Assembly (NCBI GenBank): GCA_963778655.1
Contig: CAVZVA010000009.1
Location: 224,001 to 288,000, forward strand
From: an uncultured delta proteobacterium
GTDB lineage: Bacteria; Myxococcota_A; Polyangia; Polyangiales; JAFGIB01
Reading direction: 5' to 3'
DNA: 64,000 nt
The position numbers and the translations under genes are program-made. The notes below the pieces were generated by a model. That model was not told the DNA's origin. It did no database searches and saw only the letters and a program-made list of their open reading frames with translations. How positions within the stretch are numbered: the first letter of the stretch is position 1; each line of letters starts with the position of its first letter. This document shows positions 63,921 to 64,000 of the stretch, one piece after another.

Positions 63921-64000
63921 AGCGCGGCGGTCCGCTCACGGCTGCTTGCGCTGCGAAGGCAGCGGCGGGGGCTGCGAGCTCGCGCGCCCATTGGGGCGGG

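Overview
High-GC (roughly 70%) bacterial chromosomal window. Gene content (Cys-rich and Gly-rich lipoproteins, TPR/PEGA-type proteins, a myxobacterial-type pilin, an extra DnaK paralogue) points to Myxococcota, probably Polyangia; this is an inference. About 52 CDS can be supported. The left and middle parts are a mosaic of metabolic, stress and DNA-repair genes (glgB, EAL, CBS, lon, nth, rnhB, Fpg-like, pyrE, desaturase) mixed with at least six Cys-rich surface lipoproteins. The right part is a conserved core block dprA-topA-trmFO-(orf)-xerC-hslV-hslU-argB-argD-argF-[J-domain/TPR, DnaK, wHTH partner]-argG, followed by a CNNM/CorC gene, a degenerate metallophosphoesterase and an orf + MerR-HTH/TPR operon with a direct-repeat operator candidate. 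No rRNA, tRNA, CRISPR array, transposase or prophage was recognised. Best candidates for undescribed biology: (1) a three-gene Hsp70 module whose two flanking proteins share the same winged-helix-like domain; (2) a PolX N-terminal/HhH protein whose polymerase domain is replaced by an unknown domain; (3) the MerR-TPR operon with its direct repeats and divergent pseudo-phosphoesterase; (4) repeated 'TPR/PEGA-like gene + Cys-rich lipoprotein' pairs and a tandem CxGxC lipoprotein pair; (5) three families of REP/MITE-like intergenic repeats and an in-frame insertion in the Fpg-like gene. Two probable single-T insertions (about 11133 and 11692) look like sequencing errors. All assignments come from motif recognition by eye; no database searches were run.
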